Source: an uncultured delta proteobacterium
GTDB lineage: Bacteria > Myxococcota > Myxococcia > SLRQ01
DNA: 64,000 bases
Direction of reading: 5' to 3'
NCBI GenBank assembly: GCA_963727485.1
Contig: CAVSGM010000001.1
Location: 64,001 to 128,000, forward strand
Position 1 is the stretch's first letter, and the number at the start of each line of letters is the position of its first letter. The notes below the pieces were generated by a model, which was not told the origin of the DNA, did no database searches, and saw only the letters and a list, made by a program, of their open reading frames with translations. This document shows, in pieces, positions 1 through 10,908 of this stretch. Position numbers and translations under genes: made by a program.

Positions 1-273
1 GGCGATGCGGAACAGCCAGGTGCGAAACGCCCCACCGCCCCGGAGGCGGCCGAGGCGCCCGATGGCCTTGAGGAAGGCCTTCTGGGTCAGGTCCTCGGCG
101 GCGGTGGGGTCACCGGTGGTCCGGAGCACCAGGCGGTAGACGGCGCTCTGGTGGCGCCGGATGAGCTTCTCCAGGGCGGCGCCGTCACCCGCCCGCCAGG
201 CCTCCACCAGCTCGGCGTCGGTGGGCCCGGTCTCCGTGGGGCGGCCTCTGGGGCGGTGGCGGGGGTCGCGCAT
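1..273 (-). CDS. ECF-type RNA polymerase sigma factor (5' part; runs off the window)
   Basis: Hand translation from ATG at 273: ...TDAELVEAWRAGDGAALEKLIRRHQSAVYRLVLRTTGDPTAAEDLTQKAFLKAIGRLGRLRGGGAFRTWLFRIA. AEDLTQ..F and FRTWLFRIA are typical of ECF sigma region 2. Not in the ORF track. Confidence 0.88.
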   Translation of the reverse strand, partial: MRDPRHRPRGRPTETGPTDAELVEAWRAGDGAALEKLIRRHQSAVYRLVLRTTGDPTAAEDLTQKAFLKAIGRLGRLRGGGAFRTWLFRIA

Positions 274-428
274 GGGGACGACGTTCACACCAGGACGGAC
301 ACCCTGGACAGGTCCAAGGTAAACCAGCCGCGGGGGATCTTGCATCCCGGGGGGGCTCCCCGCCGGTGCCGGGCCCGTCGGGGGAGGCGGCCACCCGGGC
401 CCCGGCGAACCGTCCCCGAGGCGCCGCG

Positions 429-1802
<1,374 letters not shown>

Positions 1803-1820
1803 GGAACGCCCCGCGGGTCG

Positions 1821-1910
1821 GGAGGAGTGGCCGAGTGGTCTAAGGCGGCTGTCTTGAAAACAGCTGGGGGTGAAAGCCTCCCGTGGGTTCGAATCCTACC
1901 TCCTCCGCCA
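1821..1910 (+). tRNA. tRNA-Ser(TGA)
   Basis: GGAGGAG acceptor, anticodon arm GCTGT-CT TGA AA-ACAGC, long variable arm, GGTTCGAATCC, encoded CCA. Confidence 0.97.
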
Positions 1911-1934
1911 ATGGTCAGGGAGCAATCGAATACT

Positions 1935-2024
<90 letters not shown>

Positions 2025-2037
2025 GCTGGTGATTTGG

Positions 2038-2114
2038 GCGCCCGTAGCTCAATTGGATAGAGTGACGGACTACGGATCCGTAGGTTGCAGGTTCGACTCC
2101 TGCCGGGCGCGCCA
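2038..2114 (+). tRNA. tRNA-Arg(ACG)
   Basis: GCGCCCG acceptor, anticodon arm ACGGA-CT ACG GA-TCCGT, GGTTCGACTCC, CCA; 77 nt. Confidence 0.97.
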
Positions 2115-2128
2115 CTCCCCTTCCCCAA

Positions 2129-2160
2129 GCCGCCCCGGGGCCATGAGGCTCCGGGGCGGC
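2129..2160 (+). terminator. Strong GC hairpin after tRNA-Arg (terminator or processing stem)
   Basis: GCCGCCCCGGGGCC-ATGA-GGCTCCGGGGCGGC, 14-bp stem with one G-U; no good U-tract. Confidence 0.45.
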
Positions 2161-2201
2161 GGGGTCTTCTCCCGCCGGGGCCCCCGGCCCCGCCCGAGCC
2201 C

Positions 2202-2708
2202 ATGAGCGAAGGCCCCGATCCCACGGTCGATCCGGCCCTCGACGCGGCCTTCATGGCCGAGGCCCTCGCCGAGGCGAAGGCCGCCGAGGCTCTAGGCGAG
2301 GTCCCCATCGGGGCGGTGGTGGTCTTCGAGGGCCGGGTGATCGCCCGGGCCGGGAACACCCGCGAGTCGGCCCAGGACCCCTTCGGGCACGCCGAGCTCT
2401 CGGCCATGCGCGCCGCCGCCGCCGCCCGCTCGGGCTGGCGGCTCACCGGGTGCACCCTCTACGTCACCCTCGAGCCCTGTACCATGTGCGCCGGGGCCAT
2501 CGTCCTCGCCCGGGTGGACCGGGTGGTCTTCGGGGCGAGAGACCCCAAGGCCGGGGCCGTGGGCTCCCTCTACGACCTCCCGGCGGACCCCCGGCTCAAC
2601 CACCGGCCGATCGTCCAAGGGGGCGTCCTCGCTGAAGAATGCGGCGAGCTCCTCCGGGCGTTCTTCCGGGCGCGGCGCCGGGGCGGGCCCGGTGCAGGCG
2701 ATTGCTGA
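2202..2708 (+). CDS. tadA: tRNA-specific adenosine deaminase
   Basis: FM..AL.EA, GEVPIGAV, HAE, LYVTLEPCTMCAGA, GA.DPKAGA motifs. Start moved to ATG 2202 because the ORF-track start overlaps the tRNA. Confidence 0.95.
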   Translation: MSEGPDPTVDPALDAAFMAEALAEAKAAEALGEVPIGAVVVFEGRVIARAGNTRESAQDPFGHAELSAMRAAAAARSGWRLTGCTLYVTLEPCTMCAGAIVLARVDRVVFGARDPKAGAVGSLYDLPADPRLNHRPIVQGGVLAEECGELLRAFFRARRRGGPGAGDC

Positions 2709-2734
2709 CACCACCAAAGGCCGTGTGCTATACG
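2705..2734 (+). promoter_or_regulatory. Putative promoter for tRNA-Ser(CGA), tRNA-Ser(GGA) and ffs
   Basis: CTGACA, 18 nt, TATACG preceded by TG; tRNA starts 8 nt later. Confidence 0.45.
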
Positions 2735-2741
2735 CCGCCGC

Positions 2742-2831
2742 GGAGAGATGGCCGAGTGGTCGAAGGCGCCTGACTCGAAATCAGGTGTGCCCGTGAGGGT
2801 ACCGTGGGTTCGAATCCCACTCTCTCCGCCA
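2742..2831 (+). tRNA. tRNA-Ser(CGA)
   Basis: Anticodon arm CCTGA-CT CGA AA-TCAGG, long variable arm, T-arm, CCA. Confidence 0.97.
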
Positions 2832-2863
2832 GCCTGCATATGGGGACCGGCCGGTCCCCACCT

Positions 2864-2955
<92 letters not shown>

Positions 2956-2966
2956 GTTGTGCATAT

Positions 2967-3065
<99 letters not shown>

Positions 3066-3136
3066 GCCCTCTTGTCGGGGGCTCCATCTATAAAGAGGTG
3101 GAGCCCCCGACGTCTCCCTCGCCCCAGGGTCCCGGC

Positions 3137-5377
3137 ATGAGCTACCTCGTCCTCGCCCGGAAGTACCGTCCGCAGACCTTCGCGGACCTGGCGGGACAGG
3201 ACCACGTCGTCCAGACGCTGGTGAACGCCATCGCCAGCGGGCGGGTGGCCCACGCCTTCCTCTTCACCGGGGCGCGCGGGGTGGGGAAGACCACCGCCGC
3301 CCGGGTCCTGGCCAAGGCGCTCAACTGCGAGACCGGGCCCACCGCCACCCCCTGCGGCACCTGCCGGGCCTGCACCGAGATCACCGCCGGCCAGTCGGTG
3401 GACGTCCTGGAGATCGACGGCGCCTCCAACAACGGCGTCGACCAGGTCCGCGACCTGCGCGACGGCGCCCGCTACCTCCCCAGCCGCGACCGGTTCAAGA
3501 TCTACATCATCGACGAGGTGCACATGCTCTCCGGGGCGGCGTTCAACGCGCTGCTCAAGACCCTGGAGGAGCCGCCGCCCCACGTGAAGTTCATCTTCGC
3601 CACCACCGAGCCCCACAAGATCCCGGTCACCATCCTCTCGCGGACCCAGCGCTTCGACTTCCGGCGCATCCCCCTCCAGACCATCGTGACCCAGCTCACC
3701 GGGATCCTGAAGGCCGAGGGCATCGGGCTCTCCGAGCGGGCGGTGGCCCTGGTGGCCCGGCAGGCCGAGGGGTCCATGCGCGACGCCCTCTCGCTCCTCG
3801 ACCAGGTCATCAGCGCCGGGGGCGAGCGCATCGACGACGAGACCGCCGAGGAGATCCTCGGGGTCATCGACCGCACGGTGGTGGCCCGGCTGGGGGCGGC
3901 GCTGGTCGACGGCGACGCCGCCGAGGCGCTCTCGGTGGTGGCCCGGGTCTTCGACCGGGGCCTCGACCTGGGCCGGCTCGCCGAGGACCTCGCCTGGCAC
4001 CTGCGAAACCTCATGGTGGTCCAGGTCGGCGGCCGGGCCCTCGAGGTCCTCGACGTCGCCGACCACGAGCGCGGCGAGCTCGAGGCCCAGGCCGGGCGGG
4101 CGTCGGCGGCGACCCTCTCCTACCTCTTCGACGTGGTCCACGGGGCCATCCCCGAGGTGAGCCGGGCGGTGCAGCCGCGCCTCGCCCTGGAGGTGGCCCT
4201 GCTCAAGGCCATCCACCTGGCCCCCGGCGCCGACGTCGCCGAGCTGCTGGCCCGGGTCGAGGCGCTGGCCTCGGGCGGGCCGCTGCCCGGGACCGGGTCC
4301 GGTGGGCGCGGCCGGCCGTCCCGGGCGCCCGCGCGCCGCGCCGCGCCCCCGGCGCCGGCGGCGACCCGGCCCGCGGCCGCGGCGGCCCCGCCGGCGGCGA
4401 CCCCGGCCGCCCAGCCGTCCCGCCGCCCAGCCCCCGCCGCCCGTCCCGCCGCCCCGTCCCCCGCCGCCCCGTCCCCCGCCGCCCCGTCCCCCGCCGCCCC
4501 GTCCCCCGCCGCCCCGTCCCCCGCCGCCCCGTCCCCCGCCGCCCCGTCCCCCGCCGCCCCCCGGTCGCCCCGGGCCGGTCCCGGGGACGTGTTCGCCAGC
4601 TTCGCCGCCCGGATGATGGACGGCGCCCCGTCCGACGCCTCCGAGGCGCCCGCCGACGGGCCCCCGGGCCCGGAGCCCCCGCCCCCGATGGCGGAGCGCG
4701 ACACCGGCTCGTCCCCGGCCACCGGCCCCGAGGCCGCCGGGCCCCGGGCCGAGGCGAAGGCGACCCCAGGGCCCGCGCCGGCGAAGGCCGCTCCCGCCCC
4801 GCCCGCCGCGCCCAAGCCCGCGGCCGCCAGGCCCGCCGCGCCCAAGGCGCCCGCCCCGGCGAAGGCCAAGGCCGGCGCCGGCGCCTCCAAGGCCGGCGGC
4901 CCCGCCCGCCCCGGCGAGGCGCGGACCGAGGTCCCAAGGCTCCCCGCCGGCGACGACCCGGCGGCCAATCTCGCCACCCGCTTCGCGGCCCTGGTCACCG
5001 CCATCTACGAGCACGCGGTGCGCCCCTTCATCGCCGCGGCCCTCGAGCACGGCCGGCCCCTGGAGATCGCGGACGACCACCTCACCGTGGCCCTGCCTCC
5101 GGGCCTCTACCACGACGGCCTCGGGTCCGCGGCCAACCGCCGGGTCCTCGAGTCCCTGGTCAGCGACCACTTCGGCCGGGAGCTGGCCGTGCGCCTCGAG
5201 CGCACCGACACCGCCAAGCTCGACGGGGCCCCCGAGGCCATCGCCACCGTGAAGGAGCAGGCCCTGGCCGCCGAGGTCGAGCGCCTCCGCGCCGAGGCCC
5301 TGGAGAATCCGAGCGTGCGGCTCGCCCTCGAGGCCCTCGACGGCGAGATCGAGGACATCCGAATCCTGGGAGCATGA
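3137..5377 (+). CDS. dnaX: DNA polymerase III subunit gamma/tau with long Pro/Ala linker
   Basis: MSYLVLARKYRPQTF start, GARGVGKTT, Cys zinc motif, IIDEVHML, TILSR; followed by ybaB-recR. Confidence 0.97.
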   Translation: MSYLVLARKYRPQTFADLAGQDHVVQTLVNAIASGRVAHAFLFTGARGVGKTTAARVLAKALNCETGPTATPCGTCRACTEITAGQSVDVLEIDGASNNGVDQVRDLRDGARYLPSRDRFKIYIIDEVHMLSGAAFNALLKTLEEPPPHVKFIFATTEPHKIPVTILSRTQRFDFRRIPLQTIVTQLTGILKAEGIGLSERAVALVARQAEGSMRDALSLLDQVISAGGERIDDETAEEILGVIDRTVVARLGAALVDGDAAEALSVVARVFDRGLDLGRLAEDLAWHLRNLMVVQVGGRALEVLDVADHERGELEAQAGRASAATLSYLFDVVHGAIPEVSRAVQPRLALEVALLKAIHLAPGADVAELLARVEALASGGPLPGTGSGGRGRPSRAPARRAAPPAPAATRPAAAAAPPAATPAAQPSRRPAPAARPAAPSPAAPSPAAPSPAAPSPAAPSPAAPSPAAPSPAAPRSPRAGPGDVFASFAARMMDGAPSDASEAPADGPPGPEPPPPMAERDTGSSPATGPEAAGPRAEAKATPGPAPAKAAPAPPAAPKPAAARPAAPKAPAPAKAKAGAGASKAGGPARPGEARTEVPRLPAGDDPAANLATRFAALVTAIYEHAVRPFIAAALEHGRPLEIADDHLTVALPPGLYHDGLGSAANRRVLESLVSDHFGRELAVRLERTDTAKLDGAPEAIATVKEQALAAEVERLRAEALENPSVRLALEALDGEIEDIRILGA
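4445..4561 (+). repeat. Perfect 15-bp tandem repeat (CCCGCCGCCCCGTCC x7 plus partial) encoding PAAPS within DnaX
   Basis: Read directly from the sequence. Confidence 0.95.
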
Positions 5378-5378
5378 C

Positions 5379-5711
5379 ATGGCCAAGCCTGGCAGCATCG
5401 GAAGCAACTTCGGGAACATCCTCCGCCAAGCCCAGAAGATGCAGGGGCAGATCGCCAAGCTCCAGGAGGCGCACGGCGAGAAGACCTTCGAGGGCGTCGC
5501 CGGCGCCGGGATGGTCACGGCGACGGTGACCGGCAAGAACGAGGTCGTCCGCATCGACGTCGATCGCGAGAAGGCCGACGTCTCCGACCTCGACCTCCTC
5601 CTCGACCTGGTCGCCGCCGCGGTGAACGACGGGGTGCGCCGGGCCCACGACGAGCTCGAGGCCAAGACCCAGGAGCTCACCGGGGGCATCTCCATCCCCG
5701 GCCTCGTCTGA
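5379..5711 (+). CDS. ybaB: YbaB/EbfC nucleoid-associated protein
   Basis: LRQAQKMQ, EGVAGAGMV, DLV.AAVND motifs; lies between dnaX and recR. Confidence 0.93.
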   Translation: MAKPGSIGSNFGNILRQAQKMQGQIAKLQEAHGEKTFEGVAGAGMVTATVTGKNEVVRIDVDREKADVSDLDLLLDLVAAAVNDGVRRAHDELEAKTQELTGGISIPGLV

Positions 5712-5712
5712 C

Positions 5713-6308
5713 GTGGCCGTCGCCCCCCCATCGCCCGGCTCATCGCCCTCCTGGGCCAGCTCCCGGGGATCGGCGAGAAGACCGCCCAGCGGCTCGCCTT
5801 CCACATCCTCCGGGCCCCGCCCGAGTTCGCCGCCGAGCTCGCCGAGGCGGTGGGCGCGGTGAGCCACAAGGTCCGCCTCTGCTCGGTGTGCATGAACCTC
5901 ACCGAGCAGGACCCCTGCGCCCTCTGCCAGGACCCGAAGCGCGATCCGGCGCTGGTGTGCGTGGTGGAGTCGGTCCCGGATCTGCTCGCCATCGACCGCA
6001 CCGGCGAGTACCGGGGCCGCTACCACGTCCTCCACGGCTGCCTCTCGCCCCTCGACGGCGTCGGCCCCGACGACCTGAAGGTCAAGGAGCTCCTCGCCCG
6101 CCTCGGCGACGGCACGGTGCGCGAGGTGATCGTCGCCACCAACCCCGACGTCGAGGGTGAGGCCACCGCCCTCTACCTCCAGAAGCTCATCGGCCCGCTG
6201 GGGGTCACCGTGAGCCGCATCGCCCAGGGCGTGCCCATGGGCGGCGACATCGAGTACGCCGACCAGGTGACCCTGGGCCGGGCGATCGCCGGACGGCGCC
6301 CACTGTGA
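5713..6308 (+). CDS. recR: Recombination protein RecR (apparent 1-nt deletion in the C run at 5723-5729)
   Basis: LPGIGEKTAQRLAFHIL lies in frame upstream of the ORF-track start; C4 zinc finger, YHVLHG, NPDVEGEATA. GTG 5713 joins this frame if the C7 run is C8. Confidence 0.93.
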
Positions 6309-6400
6309 CCGCCCGGATCGCCGTCAGCCCCGCGGGGTGGGTGCGAGCGGACCCCACAGGGTCCCGGGGCCGGCCGCGAAAACGCAGTCTGGGCGGTCGC

Positions 6401-6429
6401 TTGCTCGCACCTGCCTTTCCTGCTAACAC
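6401..6429 (+). promoter_or_regulatory. Putative sigma70 promoter for mglBA
   Basis: TTGCTC, 17 nt, TAACAC with a TG extension. Confidence 0.4.
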
Positions 6430-6516
6430 CGCTTAAGTCTCGGTTGGATTACCGTCCGCCGTCCGATGGCGGGCGGTGGCCGGTCGGACAGGCCAAGCGA
6501 TAGAGGTGCCCGCGCA

Positions 6517-6996
6517 ATGCACCCCCAGATGGTCATTTATGAGGAGGAGTTCCAGCAGGTCTCCGCCGTCTGTGATCGGCTCACCCGTGAGGCGAACGCC
6601 AAGTGTGTGTTCGTCATCGACAAGAACGGGCAGCTGATCTCGGCGTCGGGGGAGACCGATCACCTGGATACCACCTCCCTGGCCTCCCTCACGGCCGGGA
6701 ACATCGCCGCCACCGGCGGCCTGGCGAAGCTCCTCGGAGAGAAGGAGTTCTCGATCCTCTTCCACGAGGGGGAGCGGGACAACCTCCACATCTCCATCGT
6801 CGGCGGTCGGGTGATCCTGGTGGTCATCTTCGACCAGCGCAGCTCCCTGGGGCTGGTGCGGCTGCGGGTGAAGAAGGCCTCCGACGAGCTGGGGCGGATC
6901 TTCGAGTCCCTGGCCCAGAAGGCCGCGCAGCCTGCAGGCAACTCGGCCTTCGCCGAGATCACCGACGACGATATCGACAACCTCTTCAGCGACTGA
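6517..6996 (+). CDS. mglB: MglB, roadblock-domain GAP of MglA
   Basis: 159 aa; [46 protein letters not shown]. Confidence 0.96.
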   Translation: MHPQMVIYEEEFQQVSAVCDRLTREANAKCVFVIDKNGQLISASGETDHLDTTSLASLTAGNIAATGGLAKLLGEKEFSILFHEGERDNLHISIVGGRVILVVIFDQRSSLGLVRLRVKKASDELGRIFESLAQKAAQPAGNSAFAEITDDDIDNLFSD

Positions 6997-7016
6997 CTGA
7001 AGGCCGGCCACCGACC

Positions 7017-7604
7017 ATGTCGTTCATCAACTACTCGTCCCGCGAGATCAACTGCAAGATCGTCTACTACGGCCCCGGCCTGTGTGGGAAGACGACGAAT
7101 CTGCAGTACGTCTACGCCAAGACCAACCCGGACGCCAAGGGCAAGATGATCTCCCTGGCGACCGAGACCGAGCGGACGCTCTTCTTCGACTTCCTGCCCC
7201 TCTCGCTCGGCGAGATCCGCGGGTTCAAGACGCGCTTCCACCTCTATACGGTCCCCGGCCAGGTCTTCTACGACGCCTCCCGCAAGCTCATCCTCAAGGG
7301 GGTCGACGGCGTGGTGTTCGTGGCCGACTCCCAGGTGGAGCGGATGGAGGCCAACCTGGAGTCCATGGAGAACCTCCGGGTCAACCTCTCCGAGCACGGC
7401 TACGACCTCGACCGGATCCCCTTCGTGATCCAATACAACAAGCGCGACCTCCCGAACGCGGCCCAGACCGAGGAGCTGCGTCGGCTGCTCAACCCCAGAC
7501 AGGTACCCGACTACGAAGCGGTGGCTCCCACCGGCGTCGGCGTCTTCGACACCCTGAAGGCCGTGGCCAAGCTCGTCCTCCAGGAGTTGAAGAAGGGGGG
7601 CTAG
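7017..7604 (+). CDS. mglA: MglA small Ras-like GTPase (polarity/motility)
   Basis: 195 aa; [48 protein letters not shown]. Confidence 0.98.
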   Translation: MSFINYSSREINCKIVYYGPGLCGKTTNLQYVYAKTNPDAKGKMISLATETERTLFFDFLPLSLGEIRGFKTRFHLYTVPGQVFYDASRKLILKGVDGVVFVADSQVERMEANLESMENLRVNLSEHGYDLDRIPFVIQYNKRDLPNAAQTEELRRLLNPRQVPDYEAVAPTGVGVFDTLKAVAKLVLQELKKGG

Positions 7605-7665
7605 GTCTGGAACCTGCCCGCCCCAGGGGAATCGGTCGCGCGAGGTCCGTGTTGGGGGAAGCCAC

Positions 7666-8560
7666 ATGAAGCGGCGAATTGCCCTCTGGGCGTGGATGAT
7701 GCTCGTCGCGGTCTCCGCGCCCGGTGCTGCTCGCGCCGACGGCGGAGGTGCCGGGACGGCGGCCTCGGGGAGCAGCACCCCGACCGCTCCGGCGACCAAC
7801 CCGACGCAGCCCCCTGCGGCGGCGCCTCCCGCGGGCCCGGCCGCCGGTGCCGCTGCCAGCCCGGCCGCCGCCAGCCCGGCCACCAGCGCCACCGCCGGGC
7901 AGCCGGCGGCGGCCCCGGGCAAGATGCCCGAGGACCAGTTCCAGCTGAAGGTGAAGGACCTCGAGGAGAAGGTCACCGACCTCAAGGAGAAGATCTACCC
8001 GGACCAAGGCCCGGCTGCTCCTCCTCCAGGAGACCGTCATCGGCGGCGGCGACCTCTCCAGCGCCAAGGCGGTGCTGGTCCACGAGAACAAGATGGGCGC
8101 CTCCTTCGTGCTCCAGTCGGTGGCCTACGCCCTCGACGGCGCGCCGATCTTCACCCGGGTGAACACCGACGGCAGCCTCGACAAGCAGGCGAAGATCGAG
8201 GTGTTCAACGGCCGGATCGTCCCCGGGAACCACCAGCTCACGGTGCAGATGAAGTTCCGGGGCAACGGCTTCGGGGTCTTCAGCTACCTCAACGGCTACA
8301 AGTTCAACCTCCAGAGCTCGTACACCTTCAACGCCGAGGGTGGGAAGGTGACCACCGTCAAGGCCGTGGCCTTCGAGAAGGGCGGGTTCACCACCGACAT
8401 CAAGGACCGGCCGGCGATCCGCTTCGAGGAGCAGGTCAACCGGGAGCAGGTCCACCACGGCGAGCCCGCGGCCCAGGGGCCGGCCCCCGGCGCCCCCGGC
8501 GCCGCCCCGGCGCCCTCGGTCGCCAAGACGCCCGCGGCGGCGGGCGGGGGCGGTCGATGA
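7666..8560 (+). CDS. Exported coiled-coil + beta-domain protein (apparent extra C at 7998-8000)
   Basis: Signal peptide and Pro/Ala linker. KDLEEKVTDLKEKIY continues as RTKARLLLLQETV in the 8072..8560 frame after removing one C. Stop overlaps the next ATG (ATGA). Confidence 0.75.
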
Positions 8561-10908
8561 GCCCCGCCCGGGCCGCGCGCTCCGCTGCGGCCGCGCTGGC
8601 GCTGGCTTTGCTGGTCGCGGGCCCGCTGCCCGCCCGGGCCGACGACGCCCTGACGCCGCCCCAGTCCCTGGCCTCGATGCGCGAGCAGGTCAAGGCGCTG
8701 CAGAAGCGCCTCGACTTCGTGGTCGACCAGTACAGCCGCGAGATCATCCCCTCGGACGTCAGCGAGGCCCAGCGCCGGTTCTCCGAGGCCGAGATCCAGT
8801 TCCTCCTCCAGGACTACGGCGCCGCGGCCGTCTTCCTCTACGACGTGGTCGACAACCCATCGTTCAAGCAGTCCCGTCGCTACGAGGACGCCCTCTACTA
8901 CCTGGGCGAGAGCCTCTACCAGCAGCAGAGCTACCTCCCGGCGCGGCGCTACTTCGCCAAGCTCCTCGACCGGGGCGGCGGCCGCTACACCCAGGACGCG
9001 CTGCTCCGGCTCATCCAGATCAGCAACAAGCTCGACGACTTCACCGGCGTCGACGGCTACCTGCGCCGGCTCTCGGCGACCGGGGCGAGGCTGCGCCCCG
9101 AGGTCCTCTACACCTACGGCAAGTTCCTCTTCCGCCGCACCGACCTCCCGGAGAAGCTGCGCCGCCAGCGCGCCCTCCAGTACTTCGACGCGGTGCCCGC
9201 CAAGTCCGCCTTCTCCAGCGCCGCCCGGTACTTCATCGGGGTCCTGTGGGTGGAGCAGAACGACATGGCCAGCGCCCTCAAGGCCTTCCACCAGGTGGTG
9301 GCCCTGCCGGTGCGCACCCCCCACGACCGGGAGATCAACGAGCTGGGGTGGATGGCGATCGGCCGCATCTACTACCACCAGGACAAGTTCGACGCGGCCC
9401 TCGACGCCTACCAGCACGTCGATTGCAAGAGCGACCAGTTCTACGAGTCGCTGTACGAGATCGCCTGGACCTACGTGAAGAAGGGCGACTACGAGAACGC
9501 CCAGCGCGCCTGCGAGATCCTCCTGGTGGGCGCCGCCGACTCGCCCCTGGCACCCCAGGCCAAGATCCTGATGGGGCACCTCTACGCCAAGAACAAGAAG
9601 TTCGACAAGGCGGTCTCCACCTACAACGAGGTGATCAACACCTACGCGCCGGTGCGGGACGAGATCGACGCCCTGCTCGCCCTCCACGACGACCCGGTGC
9701 GCTACTTCAACGAGCTCATCGCCCGGCAGGGCAAGGCCTTCGACGTCCAGAGCATCCTCCCGCCGGTGGCGGTGAAGTGGGCCTCCACCGAGAGCGACGT
9801 GAAGAAGGCCCTGGCCATCGTCTCCGGGGTCGAGGACGGGAAGCAGGGGGTCAAGGAGGGCGAGGCCATCGCCGACCGGATCCTCGCCAGCCTCGATGCC
9901 GGCACCCTCGAGCCCTTCCCCACCCTCGCCGAGGGGCACCGCCGGGGCGAGGAGATTGAGAACGCCCTGCTCCAGGTGCAGACCGGGCTCGCCAACCTCG
10001 AGACCTCCCTGGTCGGTGACCGCGCCTCCCCGGACCTCAAGGCCAAGCTCACCGCGGCGCGCCAGCGACGGGCCGCCCTCCAGAAGCGCTTCGACGCCCT
10101 GCCCACCAGCAAGGCGTCGCTGGCGAGGCGCACCGAGCGGATGGAGGACGAGGTCGAGAGCCTCGCCAAGCGGGCCTACCGCCTCCAGATCGCCAGCGAC
10201 TCCCTCAACGCCCAGCTGGTGGCCATGGGCAAGTACATCCACGACACCGCGGCCACCGGCAACCGCACCGCCCGGGCCACCGATGCCCTGCTCCAGCGCC
10301 TCCAGCGCGAGCGCTCGGTGATCGACGACCTCCACGCCGAGTCCCTGGCCCTGCAGCAGAGGATCACCGAGCTCCAGGACGCGGTGCGCAGCGGCACCGT
10401 GGGCGTCGGCGGGGTGGAGCTGCGCCGGCAGTACGAGGCGGCCCTCGAGACCGAGCGCAAGATCGCCGCCGAGGTCCGGGCCCAGCTCGGGGGCGCCGAC
10501 GCCAGCACCCTCAACGGCATCGACCAGCTCCGCGACCGGGTGGGCACGATGCTGGCCCGGGACCAGCAGGTCCTCGACACCATCCAGACCCGGGCGAAGC
10601 GCCGCCGGGCCGCGATCCGCCAGGAGGTGATGCTCGACCGCCAGCGCCTCGCGGACTACGGCGGCCGGGTCGACGGGGTGATGGGCGACACCAAGAACCT
10701 GGTGGGCCGCATCGCCCTGGGCTCCTTCAAGCGGGTGCAGCAGCAGTTCTACCACCTCATCCTCAAGGCCGACGTGGGCATCATCGACGTCGCCTGGGAC
10801 CGCAAGACCGACAAGTCCAAGCAGATCCAGAAGCTGGCCCAGGAGAAGGACCACCAGCTCCGGCTGCTCGATCAGGACTTCGCCGAGGTCCTCAAGGAGG
10901 ACAAGTGA
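8557..10908 (+). CDS. Exported TPR/coiled-coil protein (GltC-like position in a Glt-like cluster)
   Basis: Signal peptide MSPARAARSAAAALALALLVAGPLPARA; TPR-like repeats (ALYYLGESLY, SLYEIAWTY); C-terminal coiled coil. Confidence 0.75.
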   Translation: MSPARAARSAAAALALALLVAGPLPARADDALTPPQSLASMREQVKALQKRLDFVVDQYSREIIPSDVSEAQRRFSEAEIQFLLQDYGAAAVFLYDVVDNPSFKQSRRYEDALYYLGESLYQQQSYLPARRYFAKLLDRGGGRYTQDALLRLIQISNKLDDFTGVDGYLRRLSATGARLRPEVLYTYGKFLFRRTDLPEKLRRQRALQYFDAVPAKSAFSSAARYFIGVLWVEQNDMASALKAFHQVVALPVRTPHDREINELGWMAIGRIYYHQDKFDAALDAYQHVDCKSDQFYESLYEIAWTYVKKGDYENAQRACEILLVGAADSPLAPQAKILMGHLYAKNKKFDKAVSTYNEVINTYAPVRDEIDALLALHDDPVRYFNELIARQGKAFDVQSILPPVAVKWASTESDVKKALAIVSGVEDGKQGVKEGEAIADRILASLDAGTLEPFPTLAEGHRRGEEIENALLQVQTGLANLETSLVGDRASPDLKAKLTAARQRRAALQKRFDALPTSKASLARRTERMEDEVESLAKRAYRLQIASDSLNAQLVAMGKYIHDTAATGNRTARATDALLQRLQRERSVIDDLHAESLALQQRITELQDAVRSGTVGVGGVELRRQYEAALETERKIAAEVRAQLGGADASTLNGIDQLRDRVGTMLARDQQVLDTIQTRAKRRRAAIRQEVMLDRQRLADYGGRVDGVMGDTKNLVGRIALGSFKRVQQQFYHLILKADVGIIDVAWDRKTDKSKQIQKLAQEKDHQLRLLDQDFAEVLKEDK

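Noticed and set aside
4200..4700. Programmed frameshift site producing the DnaX gamma subunit
   Set aside because: No A-AAA-AAG heptamer or long A run was seen; only short C runs within the VNTR.
7666..10908. Single 1080-aa protein
   Set aside because: An extra C at ~7999 fuses two genes; the second has its own ATG (8557) and signal peptide.
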